From Chthonomonadaceae bacterium (GTDB lineage Bacteria; Armatimonadota; Chthonomonadetes; Chthonomonadales; Chthonomonadaceae): a stretch of DNA of 64,000 nucleotides. Numbering within the stretch: position 1 is the first letter of the stretch; each line of letters begins with the position of its first letter. The notes beneath the pieces are model-generated. The model made no database searches. It was not told the origin of the DNA and worked only from the letters and a program-made list of their open reading frames with translations. The position numbers and the translations under genes were made by a program. The stretch lies in contig DASRGZ010000173.1 in assembly GCA_035650735.1 (NCBI GenBank), forward strand, positions 1 to 64,000, in the 5' to 3' direction. Positions 7,456 to 18,290 of this stretch are shown piece by piece.

Positions 7456-10400
7456 ATGGATTTGCCGACCGGAACGGTCACATTTTGCTTTACGGATATA
7501 GAGGGCAGCACCCGCCTTTGGGAGCGCTACCCGGAGGCCATGAGTCGAGCGCTGGCCCGCCACGACTCCCTGGCAGAAGCCCTGATCGCGGAGCATGGCG
7601 GCACGCTGGTCAAGAGTCGCGGCGAGGGGGATAGCCTGTTTGCCGTCTTTGCGCGCGCCACTGACGCCCTTGCGGCCGCCTGCGACCTCCAGCGCGCCTT
7701 CCATGCCGAGCCCTGGTCGGAATATGTCCAGGAGGCGGGCGGCGGGAGGCCGGAGGAACAAGGTTTTGCCCTGCGGGTGCGTCTCGCGCTGCATTCGGGG
7801 GAGGCCGACCTGCGCGCCGGAGACTACTACGGCGCCGCCGTCAACCGCTGCGCCCGCCTGCGCGATAGCGCCCACGGCGGCCAAACGCTCCTGTCGCAGA
7901 CCACCTATGAGCTTGTGCGCGACGCCCTGCCGGAAGAAGTTCACCTGATCGATCTGGGCGAGCAGCATCTACGCGATCTCGCGCGCCCGGAGTACATCTT
8001 TCAGTTGGCCCATCCCGAACTGCCCGCCGACTTCCCGCCGCTGCGGTTGTTGGCCGCGCGTCCCAACAACCTGCCCCAGCAGGTGACCAGCTTCGTGGGC
8101 CGCGAGCGGGAGATGGCCGAGGTCAAGCGCCTCCTGACGACGACGCGCCTGCTCACGCTCACCGGGCCGGGCGGCGCCGGCAAGACCCGCCTGTCGCTGC
8201 AGGTTGCCGGCGAGCTGCTGGACGAGTACCCGGACGGCGTATGGCTGGCAGAGCTGGCCCCGCTCTCCGATCCCGCGCTCCTGCCCCAGGCCGTCGCGAC
8301 CGCGCTGGGCGTGCGGGAGGAGCCGGGGCGTCCGCTCACCGAGACGCTGTTATCAGCGCTCAAAGCCAAAAAGCTGCTGCTGGTGCTGGATAACTGCGAG
8401 CACCTGCTGGGCGCCTGCGCCACGCTGGCCGACCGCATCCTGCGCGCCTGCGCCGCCGTCCGCCTGCTCTGTAGCAGCCGCGCCGCCCTGGGCATCGCAG
8501 GCGAAACCCTCTATCGCGTCCCCATGCTGACTCTGCCTGACCTCAAGCATCTGCCTCCGGTCGAGCGATTGAGCCAGTACGAGGCCATCCATCTGTTCAT
8601 CGAGCGCGCCGTCGCTGCCGTGCCCGGCTTCACCGTTACCGCGCAGAACGCCCCCGCCATCGTCCAGATCTGCTGCCAGTTGGATGGCATCCCGCTGGCC
8701 ATCGAGCTGGCGGCGGCACGGAGCAAGGCCCTGCCGGTGGAGCAGATCGCCGCGCGCCTGGACGACCGCTTTCGCCTGCTGACGGGCGGCAGCCGGGCGG
8801 CCCTGCCCCGCCAGCAAACCCTGCGCGCGCTCTTTGATTGGAGCTACGACCTGCTCTCCGAGCCGGAGCGCGAGCTCTTCCGTCGCCTCTCGGTCTTCAT
8901 CGGCGGTTTTACCCTGGAAGCGGCGGAGGCCGTCTGCGCGGATAGTCCCTCCCCAACCCCCCCCCGAAACGGGGAAGAGCTCTTCACTCCTCCGCCCGCC
9001 CAGGAAGGGGGACAGGGGGTGGGAATCGAGGCCTGGGAAGTGCTCGACCTGCTCTCCCAACTCGTGGATAAATCGCTGGCAGTGGCCGAAGGGCAGAACG
9101 GGAACCTGCGCTATCATCTGCTGGAGACGCTGCGGCAGTATGGGCGCGAGAAACTGGCGGCCTCCGGGCGGCTGGAGGAGATGCAGCGGCGTCACCTGGC
9201 CTACTTCCTGCGGATCGCGGAGGAGGCAGAACGCAAGCTGCGCGGCTCTGAGCAGGCCTGGTGGCTGGAGCTACTGGAAACCGAGCACGATAACCTGCGG
9301 GCGGCGCTGCGCCGCTGCCTGGCAGCCGAGGGCGATGCGGAGGCGGGCCTGCGCCTGGCGGGCGCGCTCTGGTGGTTCTGGCACATACGCGGCTACTTCA
9401 CCGAGGGACGGGAATGGCTGGATGCCATGCTCGCGCGCGTCACCGAGCCGACGGCTGCCCGCGCCAAAGCGCTCAACGGCGCGGCGGTGCTGGCGCGCAA
9501 CCAGAGCGACTATGCGGCGGCGCGCGCCCTCGCGCAGGAGAGCCTGGCGATCAAGCGGGAGCTGGGCGATCTGCAGGGCATCGCTTCCTCCCTCAGCAAC
9601 CTGGGCACGCTGGCGCTTTCGCAGGGCGACTATGCGGCCGCGCGCCCCTTCTACCAGGAGAGCCTGGATATAGAGCGCAGCCTGGGCAATCGGCAGGGCA
9701 TTACGGCCTCGCTCATTGGCCTGGGCAACGTCGCGCTGGAACAGGGCGATTACACGGCGGCGCGCGCCCTCTTTCAGGAGAGCCTGGCGATCAAGCGGGA
9801 GCTGGGAGACAAGCGCGGCGTCGCCACGTCGCTAGTCGGGCTGGGCAGCGTCGCCTTCCTGCAAGGCGACTATGAGTCGGCCCGCGCGCTGTATGCGGAG
9901 AGCCTGGCGCTGCGGCGCAACCTGGGAGATAAGCGCGGCATCGCCACCTCACTCCAGCATCTGGGCAGCGTGGCGATTGCCAGTGGCGACCTGAATCAGG
10001 CGGCGCGTCTGCTGGAAGAGAGCCTGATCCTGCGCCGCGAGCTAGGCGATAAGTTGGGAATCGCCAATACCCTCTACGCCCAGGGAATGAGCGCCTGGAG
10101 GCGGGCTGACTACGCGGCGGCGCACGCCCTCTTTCAGGAGAGCCTGACGCTCTATCGCGAGCTGGAGAATAGGCGCGGCATTGCCTCTGCCTTGCAGGCA
10201 TGCGGCTTCCTGGCGGCCTCACGGCAATTGCCGGAGCGCGCGGCGCGGCTGCTCGGAGCGGCCCAGGCCCTCCGCGAAGCCATCCATGTCCCGTTAGCCC
10301 CTGTCGAGCAGGCCGATTATGAACCCTGCGTCGTCGACGTGAGTGCCATGTTAGGCGCGGAAGCGTTCGCGGCGATCTGGGCCGAGGGCCGCGCCCTGTC

Positions 10401-10500
10401 CCAGGAGCAGGCGGTCGCCTATGCACTGGAGACGCCGACCAGCCATGCGCTCGTCGTAGAGGAAATACGTCGGATAACATGGGAGGAGGAGGTCCGATGA
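7456..10500 (+). CDS. Class III adenylate/guanylate cyclase domain + STAND (NB-ARC-like) ATPase + TPR protein
   Basis: [24 protein letters not shown]; Walker [30 protein letters not shown]; 40-aa TPR repeats. Confidence 0.92.
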   Translation: MDLPTGTVTFCFTDIEGSTRLWERYPEAMSRALARHDSLAEALIAEHGGTLVKSRGEGDSLFAVFARATDALAAACDLQRAFHAEPWSEYVQEAGGGRPEEQGFALRVRLALHSGEADLRAGDYYGAAVNRCARLRDSAHGGQTLLSQTTYELVRDALPEEVHLIDLGEQHLRDLARPEYIFQLAHPELPADFPPLRLLAARPNNLPQQVTSFVGREREMAEVKRLLTTTRLLTLTGPGGAGKTRLSLQVAGELLDEYPDGVWLAELAPLSDPALLPQAVATALGVREEPGRPLTETLLSALKAKKLLLVLDNCEHLLGACATLADRILRACAAVRLLCSSRAALGIAGETLYRVPMLTLPDLKHLPPVERLSQYEAIHLFIERAVAAVPGFTVTAQNAPAIVQICCQLDGIPLAIELAAARSKALPVEQIAARLDDRFRLLTGGSRAALPRQQTLRALFDWSYDLLSEPERELFRRLSVFIGGFTLEAAEAVCADSPSPTPPRNGEELFTPPPAQEGGQGVGIEAWEVLDLLSQLVDKSLAVAEGQNGNLRYHLLETLRQYGREKLAASGRLEEMQRRHLAYFLRIAEEAERKLRGSEQAWWLELLETEHDNLRAALRRCLAAEGDAEAGLRLAGALWWFWHIRGYFTEGREWLDAMLARVTEPTAARAKALNGAAVLARNQSDYAAARALAQESLAIKRELGDLQGIASSLSNLGTLALSQGDYAAARPFYQESLDIERSLGNRQGITASLIGLGNVALEQGDYTAARALFQESLAIKRELGDKRGVATSLVGLGSVAFLQGDYESARALYAESLALRRNLGDKRGIATSLQHLGSVAIASGDLNQAARLLEESLILRRELGDKLGIANTLYAQGMSAWRRADYAAAHALFQESLTLYRELENRRGIASALQACGFLAASRQLPERAARLLGAAQALREAIHVPLAPVEQADYEPCVVDVSAMLGAEAFAAIWAEGRALSQEQAVAYALETPTSHALVVEEIRRITWEEEVR
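8946..9024. repeat. Palindromic repeat inserted in frame in the STAND gene
   Basis: TCCCTCCCCAACCCCCCCCCGAAACGGGGAAGAG...GGGGGACAGGGGGTGGGA encodes [27 protein letters not shown] between EAVCA and [14 protein letters not shown]. Confidence 0.65.
9500..10200 (+). repeat. 120-bp coding tandem repeats (TPR units)
   Basis: AGCCTG recurs at 9541, 9661, 9781, 9901, 10021, 10141; AGCCTGGCGATCAAGCGGGAGCTGGG is identical at 9541 and 9781. Confidence 0.85.
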
Positions 10501-10850
10501 TCGATCTCACGCGGGAAAAGTGTGTCTCCTGCCGCAGGGATGCGCCGCGCGTCACGCCGGCGGAGATGGCCCAACTCCTGCCCCTGATCCCGGATTGGCA
10601 GGTCGAAAATCGGGACGGCGTCCCGCGCCTGGTGCGCACGTTCTCTTTTCCCGATTTTGCCCAGGCGCTCGCCTTCACGGTGCAGGTAGGGCAGCTTGCC
10701 GAGCAGGAGCAGCATCATCCTGCCATCCTGACCGAGTGGGGCAAGGTCACAGTATCCTGGTGGACGCATAAAATCCGAGGGCTGCATCGCAACGACTTCA
10801 TCATGGCCGCCAAGACCGACGCCCTCGCCCGCTCTGGCTCAGCCGCGTAA
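10497..10850 (+). CDS. phhB: Pterin-4-alpha-carbinolamine dehydratase
   Basis: [49 protein letters not shown] overlap with the upstream gene. Confidence 0.92.
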   Translation: MIDLTREKCVSCRRDAPRVTPAEMAQLLPLIPDWQVENRDGVPRLVRTFSFPDFAQALAFTVQVGQLAEQEQHHPAILTEWGKVTVSWWTHKIRGLHRNDFIMAAKTDALARSGSAA

Positions 10851-10931
10851 ACTCCGCTGCTGCAAAACCGGCCCGCTGAAACCGTCGTATATCTAGAAGA
10901 TAGGAAGAGAAACAGGGCAGGAGGTGCCGCC

Positions 10932-13586
10932 ATGTTCCATCCCGCAGAATACGAAAATACCCGCCCGGACGGTTTCAGCGTGCTGGAAGTCGTCCCCGAC
11001 CCCGAACGCAAGGACGGCCCGCGCCGCTTCGTGCCGCTCAAGCGCACGGAGCTGACCGGCGAGATTGCCGGACCGCTGGCCGACCTGCGCCTCATCCAGA
11101 CCTTCGGGTACTCCGCTGAGGAGTGCGATCAGACTCTGGAAGCCGTCTACCGCTTTCCGCTGCCCGGCGATGCCGCCGTACAGGGCGTGACCGTGCGCTT
11201 TGGCGAGGTCGAAATCCGCGCTGAGCTTAAAAAGCGGCAGCAGGCGGAGGCCGATTACGAGGAGGCAAAGCGGCAGGGACGGCAGGCGGCGCTGACTACC
11301 CGCGAGTCGCCCGACGTGTTCACCCTGCAAGTCGCCGGTATTCAGCCCGACCAGGAGGTTGTTGTCGAGACGCGCTACATGCAGCTTGCCCGCTACGAAG
11401 GGGCGGATTGGACGCTGCGTATTCCCCTGACGACCTCGCCGCGCTACGTCCGCAGCGATGAGCGCGGCTCCCGATATGCGCAGGGCCAGCCGCTGGCGCT
11501 GCTGCGCGATCCGGGCCACCGCTTCGCGCTCGACCTGCTGCTGCCGGAGGCGGGGGCGGTAACAAGCTCGACGCACGCGCTCGCCGTCACCGAGGAGGAG
11601 GGCGGATTGCGGGTGCGCTTGCAGGAGGGCGAAGTGCTGCCGGACCGCGATTGCGTGCTGGCCTGGCGGCCCAAACAGGAGACGCAGCATCCGGCCCTGC
11701 ACGTCCTTCTCCACGACGATAAGGCGTCCGGACAGGTCTATTTCCTGGCGCTGGTCGCCCCGCCCGCCGCGCCTGAGTCCGGTGAGACGATGCCGCGCGA
11801 GGTCGTGCTGCTAGTGGACCACTCCGGCTCGATGGAGGGCGCCAAGTGGGAAGCTGCCGACTGGGCCGTGAAACGCTTCCTCAGCGACCTGACGGAACGG
11901 GATACGTTTGCGCTGGGCCTGTTCCACGACACCACGCGCTGGTTCGTCCGCAGGCCGCAGCCCGCCGATCCGGGCACTATCGCGGCGGCGGAGAAATTCC
12001 TGACAGTGCATCGGGATAGCGGCGGGACGGAATTGGGCGTCGCGCTGGAACAGGCGCTTCACCTTCCGAAGACGCCTGGCGAATATGCGCGGCATGCGCT
12101 GATCGTCACCGATGCCGAAGTCACCGATAGCGGACGCATCCTGCGGCTGGCGGCGGAAGAGGCAAAGCGGGACGACCGACGGCGCATCAGCGTGCTCTGC
12201 ATTGACGCCGCGCCCAACGCGCTCCTGGCGAATGAATTGGCCGAGCAGGGAGGCGGCGTGGCGAAGTTCCTGACCAGCAGCCCGGAAGAGGACGACATCA
12301 CGACCGCGCTGGACGCCGTGCTGGAGGACTGGGCCGCGCCCCTGCTGATCGGCCTGCGCCTGGAGGTCAATCGCTCCGGCGCGCAGACGGTCGGGCGCGG
12401 GGTGCTTGGCGGCAAGCCGGGAGGCAGCGCCATTGACCTGGGCGATCTACCTGCCGGGCGGGCCGTCTGGGTGGCGGGCCGCGTCCCACACGGCGACGGC
12501 CCCGACCTCTCCTTCCAGGTCACGACCGCCGACGGCAAGAAGGTCGCCGCCTGTCGCCGCGACCTGAACGCCCCGGATGCGCTACGTCCCGCGCTGAAAG
12601 CCCTGTTTGGCGCGCGGCGCGTGCGCGGCTTGGAATACCTGATCGCCTCCGGCTATACCGGCAAGCAACTGGAAGCGGAGCTGCGCCGGCTGGGCTACGA
12701 CCCACAGGCCGTCCTGGAAGGCAAGGCGGAAACGTCGCTGAAGGTCTACGCGGAGAACACGCGCGAGGACGCCAACCATCTGCTGCGCCAATTGCTGGTG
12801 CAGGAGTCGCTGGATTACGGCCTGGTAAGCTCGGAGACGGCGTTCCTGGCGGTACGCACGGAGGCGGGCAAGCCGGTAGAAGGCACGGTGGCCGTCGCCA
12901 ACGCCCTGCCCGCAGGCTGGTCAGACCGCTTTACCGGCTTCTATTCCGGCAGCCCGCACGTCCTGCTGTGCGCCGCTCCTATGGCCGGACCTTCCGCCGG
13001 GCAGCAGCCCCTGTTCGGGAAGATGGCCGCGCCGATGAGTGCTGCTTACGATATGGCCGCTGGGGCTAGCCCCGACGTGCAGGCTGAGAGCGCGGACGCC
13101 GGTATTTTCGAGAGCCTGAGTGGGGCTCCGCCGCAAGCGGCCCCCGCACGTGGATTGGGCCGGTTCTTCGCGCGGCGGGCTGCCTCCGCGTCGGCAGCGC
13201 CTTCGACATCGGCAGCGATGCCTGCGGTGCAGCCGCTCTATTCCGGCGTCCCGACTTTTACCGGGAGCAAAGCCATTCTGTTTGACAGCGCGCAGGAGGC
13301 GGGCAAGCTGCCGGAAGAGACGATCTTGACGCGCCTGGAAGTGCGGTTCCCCGGTGGAATGCCCGATCAGGCCCGGCTTGATCCCGGCCTGGCCCTCCTC
13401 ATCTTCGTAGATGATCTAACCTCGCCGCGCGCACGGGTGCGGCTGGCTGACTTGGTGCGGCAGGGCGGCGTGCGACCGCTGAACCTGCGGAGGCAGCAAG
13501 GCCAGGTCGTGCGGATTGTGCTGGCCGACCCGGCGGGAGCCTGGGCGCAGAACGCGCCGCCGCTAGAGGTTGCGCTGGCGTGGTGA
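10932..13586 (+). CDS. VIT + von Willebrand factor A domain protein
   Basis: LEAVYRFPLPGDAAV (VIT); MIDAS DHSGSM, GGTEL, IVTDAE; RBS AGGAGG. Confidence 0.88.
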   Translation: MFHPAEYENTRPDGFSVLEVVPDPERKDGPRRFVPLKRTELTGEIAGPLADLRLIQTFGYSAEECDQTLEAVYRFPLPGDAAVQGVTVRFGEVEIRAELKKRQQAEADYEEAKRQGRQAALTTRESPDVFTLQVAGIQPDQEVVVETRYMQLARYEGADWTLRIPLTTSPRYVRSDERGSRYAQGQPLALLRDPGHRFALDLLLPEAGAVTSSTHALAVTEEEGGLRVRLQEGEVLPDRDCVLAWRPKQETQHPALHVLLHDDKASGQVYFLALVAPPAAPESGETMPREVVLLVDHSGSMEGAKWEAADWAVKRFLSDLTERDTFALGLFHDTTRWFVRRPQPADPGTIAAAEKFLTVHRDSGGTELGVALEQALHLPKTPGEYARHALIVTDAEVTDSGRILRLAAEEAKRDDRRRISVLCIDAAPNALLANELAEQGGGVAKFLTSSPEEDDITTALDAVLEDWAAPLLIGLRLEVNRSGAQTVGRGVLGGKPGGSAIDLGDLPAGRAVWVAGRVPHGDGPDLSFQVTTADGKKVAACRRDLNAPDALRPALKALFGARRVRGLEYLIASGYTGKQLEAELRRLGYDPQAVLEGKAETSLKVYAENTREDANHLLRQLLVQESLDYGLVSSETAFLAVRTEAGKPVEGTVAVANALPAGWSDRFTGFYSGSPHVLLCAAPMAGPSAGQQPLFGKMAAPMSAAYDMAAGASPDVQAESADAGIFESLSGAPPQAAPARGLGRFFARRAASASAAPSTSAAMPAVQPLYSGVPTFTGSKAILFDSAQEAGKLPEETILTRLEVRFPGGMPDQARLDPGLALLIFVDDLTSPRARVRLADLVRQGGVRPLNLRRQQGQVVRIVLADPAGAWAQNAPPLEVALAW

Positions 13587-13593
13587 CTAGAAC

Positions 13594-13626
13594 AGGGGGC
13601 CGGGTACGTTCTGTGCCCGGCCCTCT
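13594..13626. terminator. Hairpin between convergent genes
   Basis: GGGCCGGGTAC-GTTCT-GTGCCCGGCCC. Confidence 0.6.
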
Positions 13627-14210
13627 TATTTGAAGAAATCGGCGACGGCGACCGTCAAATCGGGAAAGGTAAGGGATTGAAGGGTTTGCGTTTGGTCGTA
13701 AGTAGCGGCGGAAACCGGGCCGTTGGGCGTCAGGCGGAGAACTTCGACGGTGCGCGTTTCCGGACGTACCAGCCAGGCTTCTTTGACACCGATGGAGATA
13801 TAATCAGTCAGCTTATCCCCAACCCGCCGCTCCGTTTCGCTGTCGGATAGAATTTCAACGACGAGTTCCGGCGCAACCTGCAAAACGCCCTTCTCCGGTA
13901 TGCCGCCGCCTCGGGTTAGCGTCTGGTGCGTGATGAAGAAGACATCCGGTTGGCGGGTCTGTAATTTCGGCACACGGCGAATGAGTATGTCGAATGGGGC
14001 AGAAAAGGCCATGCCCACGCCGCTCTTCTCTTCATAGGCAAGCAGTGAACGTGTAATTTTATCCGCAATACGTTGGTGCTTCCATGTTGGGCCGGGCATG
14101 AAAATGCGCACTCCGTCTATAATATCGTAACGCCGGTTGATCTCTCCTTCCGCCATGTACTGCTCAAAAGTCAGCACTTCCGGCGGGGAGGATGGTTTTA
14201 CGATTGCCAT
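13626..14210 (-). CDS. Uma2 family endonuclease
   Basis: RYDIIDG, H, RQPDVFF, APELVVEILS, K..Y...GVKEAWLV; RBS AGGAGG before ATG14210. Confidence 0.9.
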   Translation of the reverse strand: MAIVKPSSPPEVLTFEQYMAEGEINRRYDIIDGVRIFMPGPTWKHQRIADKITRSLLAYEEKSGVGMAFSAPFDILIRRVPKLQTRQPDVFFITHQTLTRGGGIPEKGVLQVAPELVVEILSDSETERRVGDKLTDYISIGVKEAWLVRPETRTVEVLRLTPNGPVSAATYDQTQTLQSLTFPDLTVAVADFFK

Positions 14211-14307
14211 CGCTATCCTCCTGCACTGGGCCGAGGGTTTATTTCCCACACTTCTCTTCTTCCAGTATACAACGTATCCGTATGAGTGCGTTATCCTCTC
14301 CCTGCGC

Positions 14308-15261
14308 TCACATTTTCGTCCTCCTGGGTCTGCGCCTGAGGGAAGAGCGGCGGCGGAGTGCAAGCTTGAGACATACAAAGCCGCCAAGCATCGTCCCTGC
14401 TCCCCATAGGAACGGAACGATGGGCTTCCTCGCCGACAGACTGCCCTCTTGCCGCGTCTGAGTATGGCTCTGACGCGCCGTTCCTTCTTTCTGCCTGGCG
14501 CGAACCTCATCCATGAACGCCAGCAGTGGGGTCTTTATTGAAGACGGCAGATCATGCCCAACGCCGGCGGGATAGGCCGTTCTCAACTCAAAGCCATACT
14601 GCCGAAGCTTGCGTGCGGTCTCCCGGAACATCGGGCCGGCAAAGGCGTCTGCCTGGCCAGCCGCATAGAAGTGGGGAACGTGACGGGCCGCACGTCGAAG
14701 CGCCTCCGCACGGACAGGCGGTTTGCCGTGCTTGAAACCGTTGGCGACGCCGCCAAAGAAGTAGAAGGTCTCCGGGCGGGCTGCCAGCATACGCCATCCC
14801 ATCTGACAGCCCGCCGAAAACCCCAGCAGCGCAATGCGCTTCCGGTCAATGGAATACTTCGCCAGCACCTCGTCGAGCACCGTCAGAATATGCTCTCGAT
14901 CCTGCCGCTTGTTCCAGAAGCGGTATCGGTCTTTCTTGCCGTCCGGCCTGACGTACTCTAATCCTGCCCAACCGGTCGCTTGTGGGGCCAGCAGAAAGAC
15001 CTGACGCTGCTGTGCCGCCTCCCGATACTGGAAGATCGCGTGGCTGGCGCAGCCGGGATTGCCATGCAGGTTGAGCCAGAGCTCGTATTTCTGGCGCGGA
15101 TCATACTGCGGAGGAAAAAGCAGCAGGTAACGCAGATGCCCTTTGCGCGTATAGAACTCCTGCGCGCCCCAGAACGATTCGACGTTGGCCCTGGCCGCCA
15201 TTGCCAGTAGAGTCATCAACACCAACAGATTTACCAACTGTAGGCCGCTTTTCTTCCGCAT
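14308..15261 (-). CDS. Exported alpha/beta hydrolase (esterase-like) with a C-terminal TM anchor
   Basis: Signal peptide; LHG, GFSAG nucleophile, D and GH triad residues; hydrophobic then Arg-rich tail. Confidence 0.75.
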   Translation of the reverse strand: MRKKSGLQLVNLLVLMTLLAMAARANVESFWGAQEFYTRKGHLRYLLLFPPQYDPRQKYELWLNLHGNPGCASHAIFQYREAAQQRQVFLLAPQATGWAGLEYVRPDGKKDRYRFWNKRQDREHILTVLDEVLAKYSIDRKRIALLGFSAGCQMGWRMLAARPETFYFFGGVANGFKHGKPPVRAEALRRAARHVPHFYAAGQADAFAGPMFRETARKLRQYGFELRTAYPAGVGHDLPSSIKTPLLAFMDEVRARQKEGTARQSHTQTRQEGSLSARKPIVPFLWGAGTMLGGFVCLKLALRRRSSLRRRPRRTKM

Positions 15262-15462
15262 TCTTGACTTACCGTTTGATTTACCCAGGCGCAGAGAGCC
15301 GATACCGAGTTGACCCGCGTTACTGAGATTAAAAGTGCCGCCTCGTAAAAGCGCAGGATTTGGCTGCTCTCTTCACGAACCTCTCCTCCGGTCGGCTTGC
15401 AAGATCTTATTGCGGCCTCGCCGTTTCTCTTAACTCTGCACTTCCATTTTAAGGAGGAAAGG

Positions 15463-17217
15463 ATGCGCTTTCGCTGTGGCGCTCTGCTCACTATAGTTCT
15501 GCTGCTCGCCGGGATTATCCTCGCACAGCCCGGTCGCTGCGCCGAGGACTACCCGCTTGGACCGGATTCGCAGCCGCAGCCCGGCGTGCCGCACGGCGAC
15601 GTGACTCACTTTACCTGGACGAGCAAGATATTCCCCGGCACCGTGCGCGATTACTGGGTCTATGTGCCGAAGCAATACGATCCGGCGAAACCAGCCTGCG
15701 TGATGATCTTTCAGGATGGCGGCGGCTTTCAGGACGTACACGGGCAGTTCCGCGTGCCGGTCGTCTTTGATAATCTCATCTATAAGAAAGAGATGCCGAT
15801 CACCATTGCCATCATGATCAATCCCGGCGTGGTTCCGGCGGACTCGCCCAACGCGCTGCCCCGTTTCAACCGTAGTTATGAGTACGATGCGCCAACAGAT
15901 CAGTACGCCCGCTTTCTGTTGGAGGAGATTTTACCGGAAGTCGGCAAGAAGTACAACCTGACCAAAGACCCTGCCGGTCGCGCCCTCTGCGGGGCCAGTT
16001 CCGGCGGCATCTGCGCGTTCACGGCGGCCTGGGAGCGGCCCGACCAGTTCAGCAAGGTCATCAGTTTCATCGGCAGCTTTACCAACCTGCGCGGCGGCCA
16101 CGCCTATCCCTCGCTCATTCGCAAATACGAGCCCAGGCCGATCCGCGTCTTTATGCAGGACGGCACCGCCGACCTGAACATCTACGCGGGCAACTGGTAC
16201 GTCGGCAACATGGACGTAGCCTCGGCGTTGCAGTTCGCTGGGTACGATATCAAGTTCGTCGTCGGCAGCGGCGGACACAGCGGCCAGCACGGCGGCGCGA
16301 TCCTGCCCGACGCGCTCCGCTGGCTCTGGCGCGACTATCCGGCTCCTATCCGCACCCTGGCCTCCACGCCGCAGCCGGTCATGGAGGTTATTCTGCCGGG
16401 AGAAGACTGGCAGCAGGTCGGGGGAGAGTACGGAACGCTCGGCGGCCTCACGGCGGACGCCGAGGGGAACGTCTATTTTGCGGATACCGAAAAGAGCCGT
16501 ATCTATAAGATCGGCGCGGACGGCGGCGTGACGCTCTTTCGAGAGGGAACCGGAGGCGCGAGCGGGCTGGCTTTAGGCCCGGACGGCAGGCTCTATGCCT
16601 GCCAGAGCGCCCGCAAGCGCATTGTCGCCTACGACGGCACGGGCAAAGAGAGGGTGATTGCTGGCGGAGTGAATACAAACCACCTTGCCATTAACCATCG
16701 AGGAGAGATCTACTACACAGAACCGCGCACCGGCAAGATCTGGTTCCTCGGCACGAACGTGCGCAAGCGCGTCGTGGAGGCGGACTTGCCGGGCGCAAGC
16801 GGGTTGGTGCTGACACCCGATCAGAGTCTCCTGCTCGTGACCCTGGGCGGGCCGGGCAATCTGGCCTACTCCTTTCACATTCAGCCGGATGGCTCCCTCA
16901 CGGACCGACAGCCCTATTTTGATCTGCATATTCCCTACGGCCAGGGTGTCAGCGGCGCGGAGGGGATGGCGGTGGACACGCAGGGCCGTCTCTATGTGGC
17001 CTCGCGCGCGGGCGTGCAGGTATGCGACCAGGCGGGGCGCGTCAATGGCATCCTCTCTAACCCGCAGCGCACGCCGACCACACAGATCGTTTTTGGCGGG
17101 CCGAACCGGGATACGCTCTACGCCATCACGGGCGGCAGAATCTTCCGGCGCAAAACGAAAGCAAAAGGCGTCCTCTCCTTTGAGGAGCCGATCAAGCCGC
17201 CCGCGCCCCGGCTTTAG
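15463..17217 (+). CDS. Exported Fes-like esterase fused to an SMP-30/gluconolactonase beta-propeller
   Basis: Signal peptide; RDYWVYVP, FQDG, GASSGG; C-terminal EGMAVDTQGRLYVA, FGGPNRDTLY; RBS AAGGAGG. Confidence 0.88.
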   Translation: MRFRCGALLTIVLLLAGIILAQPGRCAEDYPLGPDSQPQPGVPHGDVTHFTWTSKIFPGTVRDYWVYVPKQYDPAKPACVMIFQDGGGFQDVHGQFRVPVVFDNLIYKKEMPITIAIMINPGVVPADSPNALPRFNRSYEYDAPTDQYARFLLEEILPEVGKKYNLTKDPAGRALCGASSGGICAFTAAWERPDQFSKVISFIGSFTNLRGGHAYPSLIRKYEPRPIRVFMQDGTADLNIYAGNWYVGNMDVASALQFAGYDIKFVVGSGGHSGQHGGAILPDALRWLWRDYPAPIRTLASTPQPVMEVILPGEDWQQVGGEYGTLGGLTADAEGNVYFADTEKSRIYKIGADGGVTLFREGTGGASGLALGPDGRLYACQSARKRIVAYDGTGKERVIAGGVNTNHLAINHRGEIYYTEPRTGKIWFLGTNVRKRVVEADLPGASGLVLTPDQSLLLVTLGGPGNLAYSFHIQPDGSLTDRQPYFDLHIPYGQGVSGAEGMAVDTQGRLYVASRAGVQVCDQAGRVNGILSNPQRTPTTQIVFGGPNRDTLYAITGGRIFRRKTKAKGVLSFEEPIKPPAPRL

Positions 17218-17237
17218 TATAGCAAAGGAGAAAGCTG

Positions 17238-17696
17238 TTGCCGCTTATGGTGAGAAGGGCTTGCCTGGAAGAGGCGGAGCAAGTGGCGGACGTGTTCCTT
17301 CACGCCAGAGCCACGATGACCTATCTGCCTCGCCTCCATACCGAGGCAGAGACGCGCGCCTGGATGGCCGGTCATGTCCTTATCAACGATGAGGTATGGG
17401 TCGCCGAGGGAGAAGGCGAAATCGTGGGCTTTCTGGCCTTGCACGGCGATTGGGTAGACCATCTTTATATCCTTCCTGAGTACCAACGTCAAGGAATAGG
17501 CCGTCTCCTGATAACAAAGGCCAAAGAGCGCCTGCCGCAAGGGATGCAGCTCTGGGCCTTTCAGAAGAACACGCAGGCACGCCGCTTCTATGAAGCACAG
17601 GGCTTTGTTCTGAGCAAACTCACCGATGGCGCGGACAACGAGGAAAGGGAGCCGGACGCTCTCTATGTCTGGAAGCCGTTTGCCTCCGAAGCCTGA
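17238..17696 (+). CDS. GNAT family acetyltransferase
   Basis: LYILPEYQRQGIG, NTQARRFYEAQGF, TDGADNEEREPD. Confidence 0.88.
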   Translation: MPLMVRRACLEEAEQVADVFLHARATMTYLPRLHTEAETRAWMAGHVLINDEVWVAEGEGEIVGFLALHGDWVDHLYILPEYQRQGIGRLLITKAKERLPQGMQLWAFQKNTQARRFYEAQGFVLSKLTDGADNEEREPDALYVWKPFASEA

Positions 17697-17794
17697 AGCC
17701 TCGCCTGGAAGCCCGTCCACCGTCTGGCGCGCATCCAGGCGAGGTTCCTGTAACAACCGCTCTGCTGCCAGCCGAAGAGCAGACAGCGTTTCCT

Positions 17795-18049
17795 GTGCCG
17801 GTCGCTCTCACCATCGTGGGGATGGCCGCGCACATGGTTTACATCGCCTTCTGGGGTTTTGCTATTTGGGATGTCTCCGCTCAGACCGTGCAGCAAATGG
17901 CACAGGCGGCAGACCGTCACCTCTGGCCCGGTGGCTGGTGGCGCCTGCATCTGATAGGCGGCCTCCTCTGGATGGCGCTGATGACGGGTTGGGCGCTCTG
18001 GCGATTAGGACAGAGCCTGTTCGGGTCAGGCTCCGGGACAACACCATGA
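17795..18049 (+). CDS. Small two-TM hypothetical protein or gene fragment
   Basis: Two hydrophobic segments; no clear RBS. Confidence 0.35.
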   Translation: MPVALTIVGMAAHMVYIAFWGFAIWDVSAQTVQQMAQAADRHLWPGGWWRLHLIGGLLWMALMTGWALWRLGQSLFGSGSGTTP

Positions 18050-18290
18050 CTCTCTGACACATTTTTGCACTCCATATTATACTTGGGATATAAGGCTGAG
18101 CGATATGCCGGTCAAGCGATGGTTATGTTCTGCGCTGTGAGCTTCTCTGTCTGCGAGGGAAGAAGGGCACGCCTTTGTCCGGTTGTATCCAGAAAAGCGT
18201 GTACCGTCGGCCTGCATGGAGTCATGAACCGAGCAAAGGCGACACCCACCTTCTGACCCGATCCCTTGTCCAGAAAGGAGAGAATTGAGT

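Noticed and set aside
14211..14510. N-terminal extension of Uma2 in the ORF track
   Set aside because: Overlaps the upstream hydrolase gene; a good RBS precedes ATG14210
17225..17240. Leader AAGGAGAAAGCTGT shared by the GNAT gene and both pilin genes
   Set aside because: Half of the match is the Shine-Dalgarno sequence, so chance is likely
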